Shown here: positions 15,361-23,903 of the stretch, piece by piece | How the letters are laid out: each line of letters begins with the position of its first letter | How positions within the stretch are numbered: position 1 is the stretch's first letter | The notes under the pieces: generated by a model | The model's database searches: none | Told to the model about the DNA's origin: nothing | The model's input: only the letters and a program-made list of their open reading frames with translations | Virus record (IMG/VR): IMGVR_UViG_3300048886_001052 | Location: 1 to 25,527 of that record | Direction: 5' to 3' (one strand) | Length of the DNA stretch: 25,527 nt | Origin: a virus | Lineage: Duplodnaviria > Caudoviricetes | Program-made: the position numbers and the translations under genes

Positions 15361-17181
15361 CATTCTTGGCGTAAAAGTCGCAGTTCCTTCGTCAAGTTTA
15401 TAATTTTGCATATCAAAGTAACATTTGACGGCCCAGTTTGCAAGCAATAAAGCAGTATAATTATCTTTTCTAGCTCTGCTTGCGCTAGTATTTCGCTTCA
15501 AGTGCTGGGGAAGATCGAACGTTTGTGTTCCCCTAGCTGTAGTTTTAACCTCTACTAGCGCGCATTGTCTTTTTACTTGATATACTAAATCATCTTGAGT
15601 TTCTATGAACATTCCTAAATTATCTTCATTAACTTGTTTTAAATTTATCCTATAAGTGCTTTGTTTGTCGAATTCGGAGCCATTTGCGGATGTTCTGGAG
15701 GCAAACCATATTTTCTTGTAGTCAATATTGGCCTGTAAAAGCTCGTTAGACTTCCTTATCCAATCGCTTGAAAAGACCTGATTGAACACTATTTGTTTAT
15801 TCTCTTTGTTATATGCCCTTTTAAAATCTCTTACTTGTTTAACATAATCTGTGCCTTCCTTGTTGGAATCAAATTCAATTGTTTTTAAATTAACTCTATT
15901 GTCTAGAAAAAGCTTGGAGTTGTTAGCTGCGTCAAGAAACATATCTGACCCAGCGTTATCAACAGAAATCAAAACTGGATCAAAACACTCTAATATATAA
16001 TAAAGATATTGCACGTGTTTATTTAAATTACCTAAACCAGCATAATTATGCACTAGTATAGAAGTTTCTTTTTCTTCATCAATTTCCATTATTGCTATAC
16101 CGAAATAGTCTGCGCTTGGACTATCACTCATATTGGGGTCAATACCTACTATGTATTTTTTGTTTGGGCGCGCTTTAATTAGGGTCGTTGGCGATTCTCC
16201 ATCTGGAATAGTACACGCATGCATTTTGATAGCGCTAAAGTAACTATCACTTCCATCAGTAAATTGAGCGCAATACTCCCTTTGAAACGAAGCGTTGGAA
16301 GATCCGCCGTCTTGCGCGGCTTCAATGATAGTATGGTCAATCATATGCTCGGGTAAAGCTTCGTAACCTATCTGAGATACGAAATAAGAAGCGTCCCCCT
16401 TTTTTTCTTCGTAAATTTTGTTTACCCAGTCTTGATATGTTTTAAATAGATTTTCAAAAGTATAACTCGCTGAGGATAGCGCTATCATCTTAGAATCGTT
16501 TTCAAAAACCATCCTGTCTTTTTCCCCCATGACTCCTGATTCAATCAGCTTATCTTCCATTTCTCGCACTTCTATTCTTTCCTTCATGTTCTGTGGTGCA
16601 ACCAGAAACGGCATAAGCACGGTATTAATCAGATCTTCTGGCAAAAGCAAATACTCATCTAGCAGCAATACGTTTGCGCGAAATCCACGAATTTTTTCTC
16701 CATTTAGGGGGATGGCTGTTACAGATCCTTCGTTAATTTGCCATTCGAATTGATCGTTGCGTTTTGCTTTTGCGCCAAAACATTGCATGAGCAATTCTGC
16801 ACCTTTTGATTCAACCATTTTTTCCAAATTACTAAATATAAATCTGGCTGTTCTAAAAGTTGGCCCCGCTACTAATATCTTTGTACCGGGATTGAATATG
16901 CATTGCAAAAAACAAAATACCGAGGCTATAAAAGTCTTACCACAACCACGCCCCCACACACACATGCTAAAATTCCTGTTCATCATTCCCCTAAGAGTTA
17001 CTTCTTGATAGGCGGCTAATTTAATGCCTGATATGAGCTCTGTAGTAAACCCTATATTAGAATGTAAAAATTGAGCCAAGGATATTTTAGCTTCCCTGTC
17101 AGACATGAATCCCTCTATCTCAGACATTCTTTCGTTCGTTTTGTCTGGTTCTACTTTGTATTTTTCAGGGCAGTACCACAT
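15355..17181 (-). CDS. terL: Terminase large subunit
   Basis: 608 aa. Q-motif KLAAYQ, Walker A WGRGCGKT, IRGFRA, Walker B VLLLDE, motif III ALSSA, FQREYCAQF, RNase H-like nuclease IVGIDP ... VDN ... KDNYTA. Confidence 0.93.
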   Translation of the reverse strand: MWYCPEKYKVEPDKTNERMSEIEGFMSDREAKISLAQFLHSNIGFTTELISGIKLAAYQEVTLRGMMNRNFSMCVWGRGCGKTFIASVFCFLQCIFNPGTKILVAGPTFRTARFIFSNLEKMVESKGAELLMQCFGAKAKRNDQFEWQINEGSVTAIPLNGEKIRGFRANVLLLDEYLLLPEDLINTVLMPFLVAPQNMKERIEVREMEDKLIESGVMGEKDRMVFENDSKMIALSSASYTFENLFKTYQDWVNKIYEEKKGDASYFVSQIGYEALPEHMIDHTIIEAAQDGGSSNASFQREYCAQFTDGSDSYFSAIKMHACTIPDGESPTTLIKARPNKKYIVGIDPNMSDSPSADYFGIAIMEIDEEKETSILVHNYAGLGNLNKHVQYLYYILECFDPVLISVDNAGSDMFLDAANNSKLFLDNRVNLKTIEFDSNKEGTDYVKQVRDFKRAYNKENKQIVFNQVFSSDWIRKSNELLQANIDYKKIWFASRTSANGSEFDKQSTYRINLKQVNEDNLGMFIETQDDLVYQVKRQCALVEVKTTARGTQTFDLPQHLKRNTSASRARKDNYTALLLANWAVKCYFDMQNYKLDEGTATFTPRMV

Positions 17182-18140
17182 TATAAAGCCTTTGTATCGT
17201 ATGCATATTGAAGGTCTATTTCTCTATAGAAACAACCACTAAAGAATATTTTCTTTATGACTCTTTCCGCCTCTTTTCTTCCACCGACAAACAGAAACTG
17301 AATGTGCGGATGTTTTTGTATTAGTTGTCTTACGTTATGAAATATATATTCGGGGGTTGCTTTTATTTTTTTTGATATATGAGGTAAGTATTTAAAACTA
17401 ACTGCGTGAGCCAAGGTGTCTTCTACTAGAATAATTAAATTAATACTTTCATCTTTCGCTCTTATTATCTCTTTTTCAAATCTATCTAGATTTTTGACGC
17501 TCATGGTGGAAATAAAATCAGCCAAGGATTTTCTTTCTATATAGCAGTTGCATGTTAATTTGGGTTCGCTAAAGGTATAATCTCCCACGGATAGTGTCGT
17601 TAGTCTAGTGCGGTAATCTTTAAATTTAAGAGGTAGTTGTTCTCTTGTGTCTACATGTATAGAATACTGCGGCTTTGCATACTCTTTGCCTTCTACTATT
17701 TTCGTTGGTAGTTGGTATTTATTTTTAAACCCCATTTCTTCGCAGACCTTGTAGTATCCGTCTAAGATACCCCGCAAGTATTGAATTGGTGGTGAAAGTA
17801 TTGTTCTAAGCTCTACTTGCGTGGGCGTATATATAAGATTTTTATCATTTTTTCTTTTAAGTAAAATATTTTTACAGTACTCCGCAGCCTCTTCTTCTGA
17901 TGCGGACTTTAACCAAAGGCGTAAATTTGTTCGGGAATTAAAATCTGTTGAAAAATACTGTTCTAATGTTTTATATTTAATTATATTTTTGTCGTGAAGA
18001 TCATACCTTGGAAAATATTTTTGATAATACCCCACAACCCTTAAGTCGTGAGCTTTAAGGTGCGCGTGTAGTTGCCTATGGGTTTCGAATTCTTTTTGGC
18101 AAGCGCTACACGTTGGTTTTGGTATGGCGATCTCACTCAT
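17181..18140 (-). CDS. C2H2 zinc finger + ERCC4 (XPF/Mus81-type) nuclease domain protein
   Basis: 319 aa. N-terminal CSAC-x12-HLKAH; C-terminal IHVDTREQ...LSVGDY...YIERKSLADF is the ERCC4 GDxnERKx3D signature. Stop overlaps terL start (TAATG). Confidence 0.88.
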   Translation of the reverse strand: MSEIAIPKPTCSACQKEFETHRQLHAHLKAHDLRVVGYYQKYFPRYDLHDKNIIKYKTLEQYFSTDFNSRTNLRLWLKSASEEEAAEYCKNILLKRKNDKNLIYTPTQVELRTILSPPIQYLRGILDGYYKVCEEMGFKNKYQLPTKIVEGKEYAKPQYSIHVDTREQLPLKFKDYRTRLTTLSVGDYTFSEPKLTCNCYIERKSLADFISTMSVKNLDRFEKEIIRAKDESINLIILVEDTLAHAVSFKYLPHISKKIKATPEYIFHNVRQLIQKHPHIQFLFVGGRKEAERVIKKIFFSGCFYREIDLQYAYDTKAL

Positions 18141-19233
18141 CTAGAACTTCCCCCTCGCTTAAACCAAGGATTCTGCACTTTATATCATCCATTTCCGATA
18201 AGTTGGTTATCTCAGAAGCTATAGCTTTCTTTCTTAATTCTGCCAGTTCTATTAATTTTTTTCTGGTCTCTTCCTCTTTCCAGAGCTGCACAAGATTTAA
18301 AACGCTTGCTGTTGCGTTAATCTGATTTTTGAGCTTATCGCTTCTTTTTTGTTTTAAAGAGTCTAGCAGTTTGTTTTGTCTGTTTATGCACTGGTTGTAT
18401 TCTGTTTGAGCGGAGCTGATGGCCTCTACTAAAGACATGGCTATTCTGCGCCCCTCGGTATCTTCTGCTGTATTATCTAGCAAATCCTGAAGCCTTTCCG
18501 TTCTTCTTTGAATACTGGCTGCTATAATTACCTCAGTACAAAGGACTATATATTGATCAACTTCTTCTTGTGATAAGTCTGGTTTATCGTGCGAATATCT
18601 TATAAAGCTGCTTTCGAATAAGTCCCTGTCTGTTTGGGATGAGTAGGTATTGATTTGGTGAGAAAACCTAAAAGTAGATAAATAATTTATCAAGGAATCT
18701 ATATTCTTTTTAACTCCACTGGTAATTTTGTTTTTGTCAATTCCGTTATTAACGAACTTGTTGACCCTGTTAACTGTCGCAGTAAAAGTCCCCGGAGGCT
18801 TGTACTCTGCATCGTTAGGCACTTCGTTTGTATTTTCATAAGGAGCCAAGTCAAGAGTCTTTACGTATTCGTTCACCACGCGAGTTTCTTGATGAAGATT
18901 GGTTAAGTCTGGATCAGCAAATATAACGCACGCCATCTCTTTCCCCTTCATCATAGAGGCATTGCTTTCTACGAATTGTTTTTGTTCTTTTGTAAGGTTT
19001 ATTTTTTCTTTAGCTTGGTATTCGTGAGCGCCGTGAGCTTTTATTTTTCTTGTAGCCAAGAAAGCTTTAACCTCTCTTCCCTCTTTGCTTCTTCCGTCTA
19101 GCTCTGGTTTATCTGGGTAAGCAATTCTTATTAACTCCAATAATGAGGGAGGATTTTCTAACCTAGAATTCCATTCGTCAAGGACTCTATCTCTTTGTTC
19201 TTGGCTCAAAGAATTATGCTGGGGAGAGCTCAT
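18133..19233 (-). CDS. Hypothetical helical/coiled-coil protein; candidate small terminase or packaging accessory
   Basis: 366 aa; overlaps both neighbours; long C-terminal coiled coil; two genes upstream of terL. Function is a positional inference only. Confidence 0.7.
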   Translation of the reverse strand: MSSPQHNSLSQEQRDRVLDEWNSRLENPPSLLELIRIAYPDKPELDGRSKEGREVKAFLATRKIKAHGAHEYQAKEKINLTKEQKQFVESNASMMKGKEMACVIFADPDLTNLHQETRVVNEYVKTLDLAPYENTNEVPNDAEYKPPGTFTATVNRVNKFVNNGIDKNKITSGVKKNIDSLINYLSTFRFSHQINTYSSQTDRDLFESSFIRYSHDKPDLSQEEVDQYIVLCTEVIIAASIQRRTERLQDLLDNTAEDTEGRRIAMSLVEAISSAQTEYNQCINRQNKLLDSLKQKRSDKLKNQINATASVLNLVQLWKEEETRKKLIELAELRKKAIASEITNLSEMDDIKCRILGLSEGEVLDE

Positions 19234-19822
19234 CTTTTTTTTCTTTTTCGTCTTCTTTTTTTTGTTCGACTTTTGTCTTTCCCTTTTCTGCTTCTTCTAG
19301 GCTTTTTTTTTGTTCTAATTCGGCCAGAGGTTTCCAGTATGTATCTCCGTAGTCATGCAGAAGTTCTTCGCCCGTTTTTATCTCACGGATTGCTATCATT
19401 ATAAATGAGGCCTCATTTGGTACTGCCCAAGCCTGACAGTTATACCCAGCTTCTAACATCTGCTCTTGTTTGCCCTCCTCAGTAAAGACTGCTCTATCAA
19501 GGTGACTTCTAGCGTCATTTATAAAGCCTCCTAGGCCCATTTCTTTTTTACAAAGAGCAGGATGACAGTCTACATAAGAATTTGTAGGTTTATGTTTGAC
19601 TGCGTATACTAACAGCGGGTTATCAAGGCCGCTGTTTAGGGTGTATTGATATCGTAGTGATATTTCCGCATGACCATCGTCCCCTGTAAAAGCGTCTCCC
19701 TTATATTCGCATATAGGTGCTCCGGCTGATATTTTGGTTCCGGTAAATAATCCTACGCCTCCGCCGGGGCGGGTTGACACGTTTATATATAGTCCATTTG
19801 CAAGTTTGTCATTTATTTTCAT
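19214..19822 (-). CDS. SET-domain protein-lysine methyltransferase
   Basis: 202 aa. GGGVGLFT..KI.AG..ICEYKG (motifs I/II), GGFINDA (RFINH-equivalent), NC, IAIREIKTGEELLHDYGDTYW (ELxxDY motif IV); charged C-terminal tail. Confidence 0.9.
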   Translation of the reverse strand: MKINDKLANGLYINVSTRPGGGVGLFTGTKISAGAPICEYKGDAFTGDDGHAEISLRYQYTLNSGLDNPLLVYAVKHKPTNSYVDCHPALCKKEMGLGGFINDARSHLDRAVFTEEGKQEQMLEAGYNCQAWAVPNEASFIMIAIREIKTGEELLHDYGDTYWKPLAELEQKKSLEEAEKGKTKVEQKKEDEKEKKDELSPA

Positions 19823-20526
19823 ATGTAGTCTACCTCATCTTTTCTTAAACATTTTTTAACTTTTTCTATTATTTTTTTTCTAATATTTTTTATCTGCTTG
19901 TACCCCGGGGGCCTGTTCTCCTCGTTCGATTTAAAGCCCATTTGTTTCGCTACTTCTTCTTCTGATTTATTTTCTATAAATAGCCCCTCGTAAACAGTCC
20001 ATTCATTTGGCTTTAAAGTTTCTTTCATTTCTTTATGCAAATTTTGCGCGAACTTCTGAAGATTTACTCCGTCTTCAAAAGAAACCGGATGCACTTCATG
20101 TGCGTGATCCTCTAACGCTAGTGGAATTTTAATTTCATACGCTGATTTTTTAGTTTTTTCCCATTTAGCATAAAGTGGGCAACCGTTACATTGCGTTTTG
20201 TATATATCGCATCCATTGTTCGGTCTAGCTGCTTCACATTTTAAACATGGCCTACTAAAATTTCCATAATTGTTTCTTATAAGATTCTTTATTTGATTTG
20301 AGATTATCCTATTAACCCATGGCCCCAACGGTTTATCTTTGTCGTATAGGTGCCACTTTTCATGTATATGGACCCTTATTATCTGGGAAACGTCATCATA
20401 GTCCATCCAGTGAAGTGATGTCAAATTCCATTTCCCTCTTCTTTTAGCTATTTCCTGATTAATAAAACTAAAAGATTCTTCGAACGTGGGTTTCTTTGTT
20501 GTGTCTTTCTTTTCATGCTTCGCCAT
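19819..20526 (-). CDS. Phage sigma70/ECF-like sigma factor with Cys-rich insertion
   Basis: 235 aa. Region-2-like DYDDVSQIIRVHIHEKWHLYD...LGPWVNRIISNQIKNLIR; region-4-like LKPNEWTVY...KSEEEVAKQMG; CLKC-x8-C-x6-CNGC between them. Confidence 0.75.
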   Translation of the reverse strand: MAKHEKKDTTKKPTFEESFSFINQEIAKRRGKWNLTSLHWMDYDDVSQIIRVHIHEKWHLYDKDKPLGPWVNRIISNQIKNLIRNNYGNFSRPCLKCEAARPNNGCDIYKTQCNGCPLYAKWEKTKKSAYEIKIPLALEDHAHEVHPVSFEDGVNLQKFAQNLHKEMKETLKPNEWTVYEGLFIENKSEEEVAKQMGFKSNEENRPPGYKQIKNIRKKIIEKVKKCLRKDEVDYI

Positions 20527-20896
20527 CTTCTTTCTTAGAGCGCTGATTATTCCTTAGCGTTCCCGCTTCTTTTTTGTATTGTTCTAGCACTTCGTCTTTC
20601 GTGACGGACGGGAAATCCGTGGATGTATTGTTGTCGCTCACTTTATCTAAAGTACCCATAAGTGATCCTACTGTATCTTTTATAATCTTTAAGGATCCGG
20701 GGTCAAAATCGAACGCTAACCCCTGAATATTTATATTACTTATTTCAACTTCTGCCTCGTGTGATTCTCCATCTTCGTCGTGAGCGTCAGACGAAGATTC
20801 GAACTCAAGCGGTTTACCGCATTGCACGCAAAACTTTGGTTTTTCTTTTACGGAAAACTCCAGCTTCGAGCCACAATTAAAACAATACTTTTTCAT
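20513..20896 (-). CDS. Zinc-ribbon protein with acidic C-terminal region
   Basis: MKKYCFNCG...KPKFCVQCG (two CxxC). ATG at 20896 preferred over the ORF-track TTG at 20902. Confidence 0.8.
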   Translation of the reverse strand: MKKYCFNCGSKLEFSVKEKPKFCVQCGKPLEFESSSDAHDEDGESHEAEVEISNINIQGLAFDFDPGSLKIIKDTVGSLMGTLDKVSDNNTSTDFPSVTKDEVLEQYKKEAGTLRNNQRSKKEDGEA

Positions 20897-20904
20897 ATAC
20901 AATT

Positions 20905-20913
20905 ATTATACCA
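20905..20913 (-). promoter_or_regulatory. Extended -10 sigma70 promoter (TGGTATAAT), leaderless or near-leaderless
   Basis: Perfect TGnTATAAT on the minus strand, 8 nt before ATG(20896); heads the Zn-ribbon/sigma/SET/ERCC4/terL run. Confidence 0.7.
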
Positions 20914-20950
20914 TCTTTGTGGTTTTTTTAAAATAAATATAGATTTTGGC

Positions 20951-20956
20951 GTGTAA
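20951..20956 (+). promoter_or_regulatory. GTGTAA upstream motif (plus strand)
   Basis: GTGTAA-TTAAGATTGAGGCGAAA-ATG(20974); orientation follows the only plus-strand gene. Confidence 0.55.
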
Positions 20957-20973
20957 TTAAGATTGAGGCGAAA

Positions 20974-21165
20974 ATGAAAAAAGATATCAAGCAAATCATG
21001 TCTTTAAGTTTCCCGTTCTGTAAGAATAGCAACGCTCAACTTGCTCTGTATTTTCAAAAAATAAACGACTTAGCTCACGAAGCCGAGCTTTATATAGAAA
21101 AACATGGATTAAGTAAAGAAAATCACTGGACAGAACGTCACGATAAAAATTACCACAGATCTTAA
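20974..21165 (+). CDS. Small hypothetical protein (only credible plus-strand gene)
   Basis: 63 aa; fills an otherwise empty gap; GAGG SD and GTGTAA motif upstream; stop overlaps the convergent gene's stop (TTAA 21162-21165). Confidence 0.6.
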   Translation: MKKDIKQIMSLSFPFCKNSNAQLALYFQKINDLAHEAELYIEKHGLSKENHWTERHDKNYHRS

Positions 21166-21470
21166 AGACTTAAAAAATTTAGATATTCGCTTGGGGATTG
21201 AAATTTAATTAAAATCTCTTTACTTAAATCTTCGGGAATTCCTTCTTCTAAGCTAAAGCCTTCTTTTTCTGCCCATTCCCATTTTTTTAAATTAACTCTA
21301 TAGCAAGACAATACGTTGTGGATTTTGGTTTCCTGTATAACCAGACACACAAGCTTATCTCCGTTAGAGATAAAGGCTACGTTTTCCATTTGAGTCTCTA
21401 TAATTGCAAGCGATGAACCTTCAGATAGGGCTTTAAGGTTTTCGAATTCCTTTTTAAGAGCTGGGTGCAT
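21162..21470 (-). CDS. Hypothetical protein
   Basis: 102 aa; ATG immediately follows the phoH stop, with GGAGGA upstream. Confidence 0.7.
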   Translation of the reverse strand: MHPALKKEFENLKALSEGSSLAIIETQMENVAFISNGDKLVCLVIQETKIHNVLSCYRVNLKKWEWAEKEGFSLEEGIPEDLSKEILIKFQSPSEYLNFLSL

Positions 21471-22256
21471 TTAGTCCTCCTCTGCAAATTGGCGAAGTTT
21501 TTTAATTAAAAATTTAACTAATTCTGATCGCATGATATCTTCTTCAGAAAAGTTAAATGAATATACGCCCATGTTTACGCTCTCTTCGTCAGAGAAGACC
21601 TCCGATAGCCCTTCGAAGCCCCCTTGTGTATTTTCGTTTTTCAAGTCGGTTTGCATTGGGTCAGCTAGTATAAAGCACCTACATCCCTCTCCCATTCTGG
21701 TGAGTACGGTTATAATTTCTTTTATGGAGCTATTTTGGGCTTCGTCAAGGATAATACATTTGTATTTCCAGTTCATACCTCTAGCAAAATTGACCGGAAA
21801 CATGGAAACTCTTCTCTGATCTTCTAGTTTTTGAGCAGTGCTCTCGGTTAATAGCTCGTCTAGTTTGTCAAGGAAGGGTAGGTTGTAGAATCTTAGTTTT
21901 TCGTTTGCATCTCCGGGAAGATACCCCAAGCTTTTGTCGGAGCTTTCTACGGCAGACCGTAAATACATTATATCGTCTGCGGCTTTCATGTTTAGAAGCT
22001 GAAGACCACAGTAGACAGAAAGAAGGGTTTTCGCAGTTCCAGCAGGACCATTAACAAAAACCACGTTGGTCGAAGGATCTAAAGCAACCCTAAAGAATTC
22101 TTTTTGTTTTTCGGTCCAAGGAAATTGGTTTAGTTTAATTTTCCTTTTGATTGGATTGGGAGTTCTTTTGGAGCTTTTTGAATTTGATTCAGTTAAATCT
22201 TCAGCCAGCCTTCTCCCTCCTCGAATTTTTACTTTTGAAGGATCATTTTCTTTCAT
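21471..22256 (-). CDS. phoH: PhoH-family ATPase
   Basis: 261 aa. Walker A GPAGTAKT, LGYLPGD..EK, FARGMN, Walker B IILDEAQN, LTRMGEG, ADPMQTDL, DIMRSELV. Confidence 0.93.
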   Translation of the reverse strand: MKENDPSKVKIRGGRRLAEDLTESNSKSSKRTPNPIKRKIKLNQFPWTEKQKEFFRVALDPSTNVVFVNGPAGTAKTLLSVYCGLQLLNMKAADDIMYLRSAVESSDKSLGYLPGDANEKLRFYNLPFLDKLDELLTESTAQKLEDQRRVSMFPVNFARGMNWKYKCIILDEAQNSSIKEIITVLTRMGEGCRCFILADPMQTDLKNENTQGGFEGLSEVFSDEESVNMGVYSFNFSEEDIMRSELVKFLIKKLRQFAEED

Positions 22257-22911
22257 TCTGCAAGAGATTACACTCTTTTTTGAGTAAGGGATAGTAAGAT
22301 TCTGTAGTCATTAAATTATCCACAAACGAATGTTTCCCTTCGTAAGAAACGAAATGGCTTAAATTTATGTTGTTGTCGGTGAATTTCGACTTGTTTAGGT
22401 TAATTTTATGCAACGTATAGAAAGTGCTCGCTTTTTCTTTTTTGCATATATTTAAAATTTTATTTTCTACAGAATCCTTGACATTTCCGTAATCAATTGA
22501 AGAAAATGCAAATTCCGTATTCGTTTCAAGAACGCTGCATACTTTGAAAATGGTGTAAGCGGAAATATGAGCAATATTATTCGTTGGCAACTGAAGTATG
22601 TTTTGGATAAGTGAAAAAGCTACCGGAAAATTATAGCTTTTAGAATGCTCGATGCGAAGCATTTTTAAGAAATGATTCCTCCATTTATCGCTGTTGGTTA
22701 CGGCGTCTTTTATCTTAATCCGTTCTTTCGTGTTTTCTATCGGAATCCTAAAATAGAAATCTTTTGACTTTATTTTTATTAGCGTTTTATTTATCCAGCT
22801 TTTATTGTTATAAAGCACGTCGTCGAGAAAGATTATTTTATCAACCTTTTTTGCCAAGTCATAATAAGACTTGGGCGGAAAGAAGTTCGGTTGTAAAATT
22901 GCCAGTTTCAT
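22243..22911 (-). CDS. WbqC-like family protein (divergent)
   Basis: 222 aa. MKLAILQPNFFP...DKIIFLDDVLY...WINK..I..IP resembles the WbqC N-terminal QPxxxP...DDVxY...W pattern. Confidence 0.75.
   Translation of the reverse strand: MKLAILQPNFFPPKSYYDLAKKVDKIIFLDDVLYNNKSWINKTLIKIKSKDFYFRIPIENTKERIKIKDAVTNSDKWRNHFLKMLRIEHSKSYNFPVAFSLIQNILQLPTNNIAHISAYTIFKVCSVLETNTEFAFSSIDYGNVKDSVENKILNICKKEKASTFYTLHKINLNKSKFTDNNINLSHFVSYEGKHSFVDNLMTTESYYPLLKKECNLLQNERK
22268..22273 (-). promoter_or_regulatory. GTGTAA upstream motif of phoH (inside the 3' end of the WbqC-like gene)
   Basis: Minus strand AAAAAGA-GTGTAA-TCTCTTGCAGA-ATG(22256). Confidence 0.5.
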
Positions 22912-22913
22912 TA

Positions 22914-23903
22914 CTATTCTTCCCTAACGTTGAAGAAAAATAACTGAAAAAGTCTTGAATCATTCTTGTCTGTTCCAAAATACTCAGAGGCACAATGAAT
23001 TAACTTTGCATCCCACAAGGCAAGCCTATTAAAAACGTTTCCAATTACGTCTATCTTTTCAAATCTAGTTTTATCATAAAAGCCTCCGCCGAAAACCTCT
23101 GCCGTTAGATGTTCTTTCGTTTTACCTAGTCGTTTAGCGTCTTCGTCTGTGGGAGCAGACAACAAACCATTTGTCTTGCTTCTAAAAAGGGTTGTCCCAC
23201 ATTCTGCCGGGGCATTAGGAGTAAGATATATCGCTCCAGCATAAGATTGAGGGTCAACATGGTAAACTAAAGGGTCTTCCGAAGTACAATATTGAAAAAC
23301 GCCATTTGCTCCGCCCTCACACCAAGTTACTTTTTTTTGTATAATTTTTTCAAAAATTTCTTTAAGCCCCTTCGGGATAAAAGCCTGCTCTGTTCTGCGC
23401 CCCTTATGATATTCTTTATGATGAACAAATTCTTGCGACAATGCAAATTCTCTAATTGCGTGCGGATCTTCATAAAAATTATCTACGACAATTGCATTAG
23501 TGTCAAAAGTGTTATTTATTTCAAAGTTTGCTTCGACTGCATTGGCACACGCCATGCTAGGCTTAGGAGAGTCTAGTTTTTTAACGTTTTTCCACTTGTC
23601 GTTGTGTAGGATTTGCAAGAAAACATCTTCCCCGCTGTCTTCTAACGTTTGAGGTATGTCTATAGAAAAGCCAGAGTTCAAAAAACATTCGTTCTCTTCA
23701 TAAAATTCATAAACATCTTTTCTTTCTGTTTTGTATTCTCCTTTAAAAGAGTCTAACGAGGCATCGTTGTCGACGACCACTCTAACGTCTTCTATTTCAA
23801 TAGAATCTGAAGCGCACCACCCCTTTACGGAAGTTCCGTCTTCTTTCAGGGTTAATATGTCATCAATATGAATTTTTACTTTGTCGATTAATGAATCATG
23901 CAT
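22914..23903 (-). CDS. DUF6445-like 2OG-Fe(II) oxygenase with an extra N-terminal beta domain
   Basis: 329 aa. VVDNFYEDP, YHVD (HxD), YAGAIYLTP, GTTLF, NRLALWDAKLIH (distal His), RLFQLFFF (2OG-binding Arg). N-terminal ~110 aa has the GW...RxDV...SGF pattern. Confidence 0.78.
   Translation of the reverse strand: MHDSLIDKVKIHIDDILTLKEDGTSVKGWCASDSIEIEDVRVVVDNDASLDSFKGEYKTERKDVYEFYEENECFLNSGFSIDIPQTLEDSGEDVFLQILHNDKWKNVKKLDSPKPSMACANAVEANFEINNTFDTNAIVVDNFYEDPHAIREFALSQEFVHHKEYHKGRRTEQAFIPKGLKEIFEKIIQKKVTWCEGGANGVFQYCTSEDPLVYHVDPQSYAGAIYLTPNAPAECGTTLFRSKTNGLLSAPTDEDAKRLGKTKEHLTAEVFGGGFYDKTRFEKIDVIGNVFNRLALWDAKLIHCASEYFGTDKNDSRLFQLFFFNVREE

Noticed and set aside
15355-17181. Intein or intron in the terminase
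   Set aside because: 608 aa is an ordinary length, the motifs are colinear, and no intein or homing-endonuclease motifs are visible.
2379-22558. Additional GTGTAA matches at 2379-2384 and 12355-12360 (minus), 10357-10362 and 22553-22558 (plus)
   Set aside because: Deep inside coding regions with no suitably placed start; treated as background for a 6-mer.
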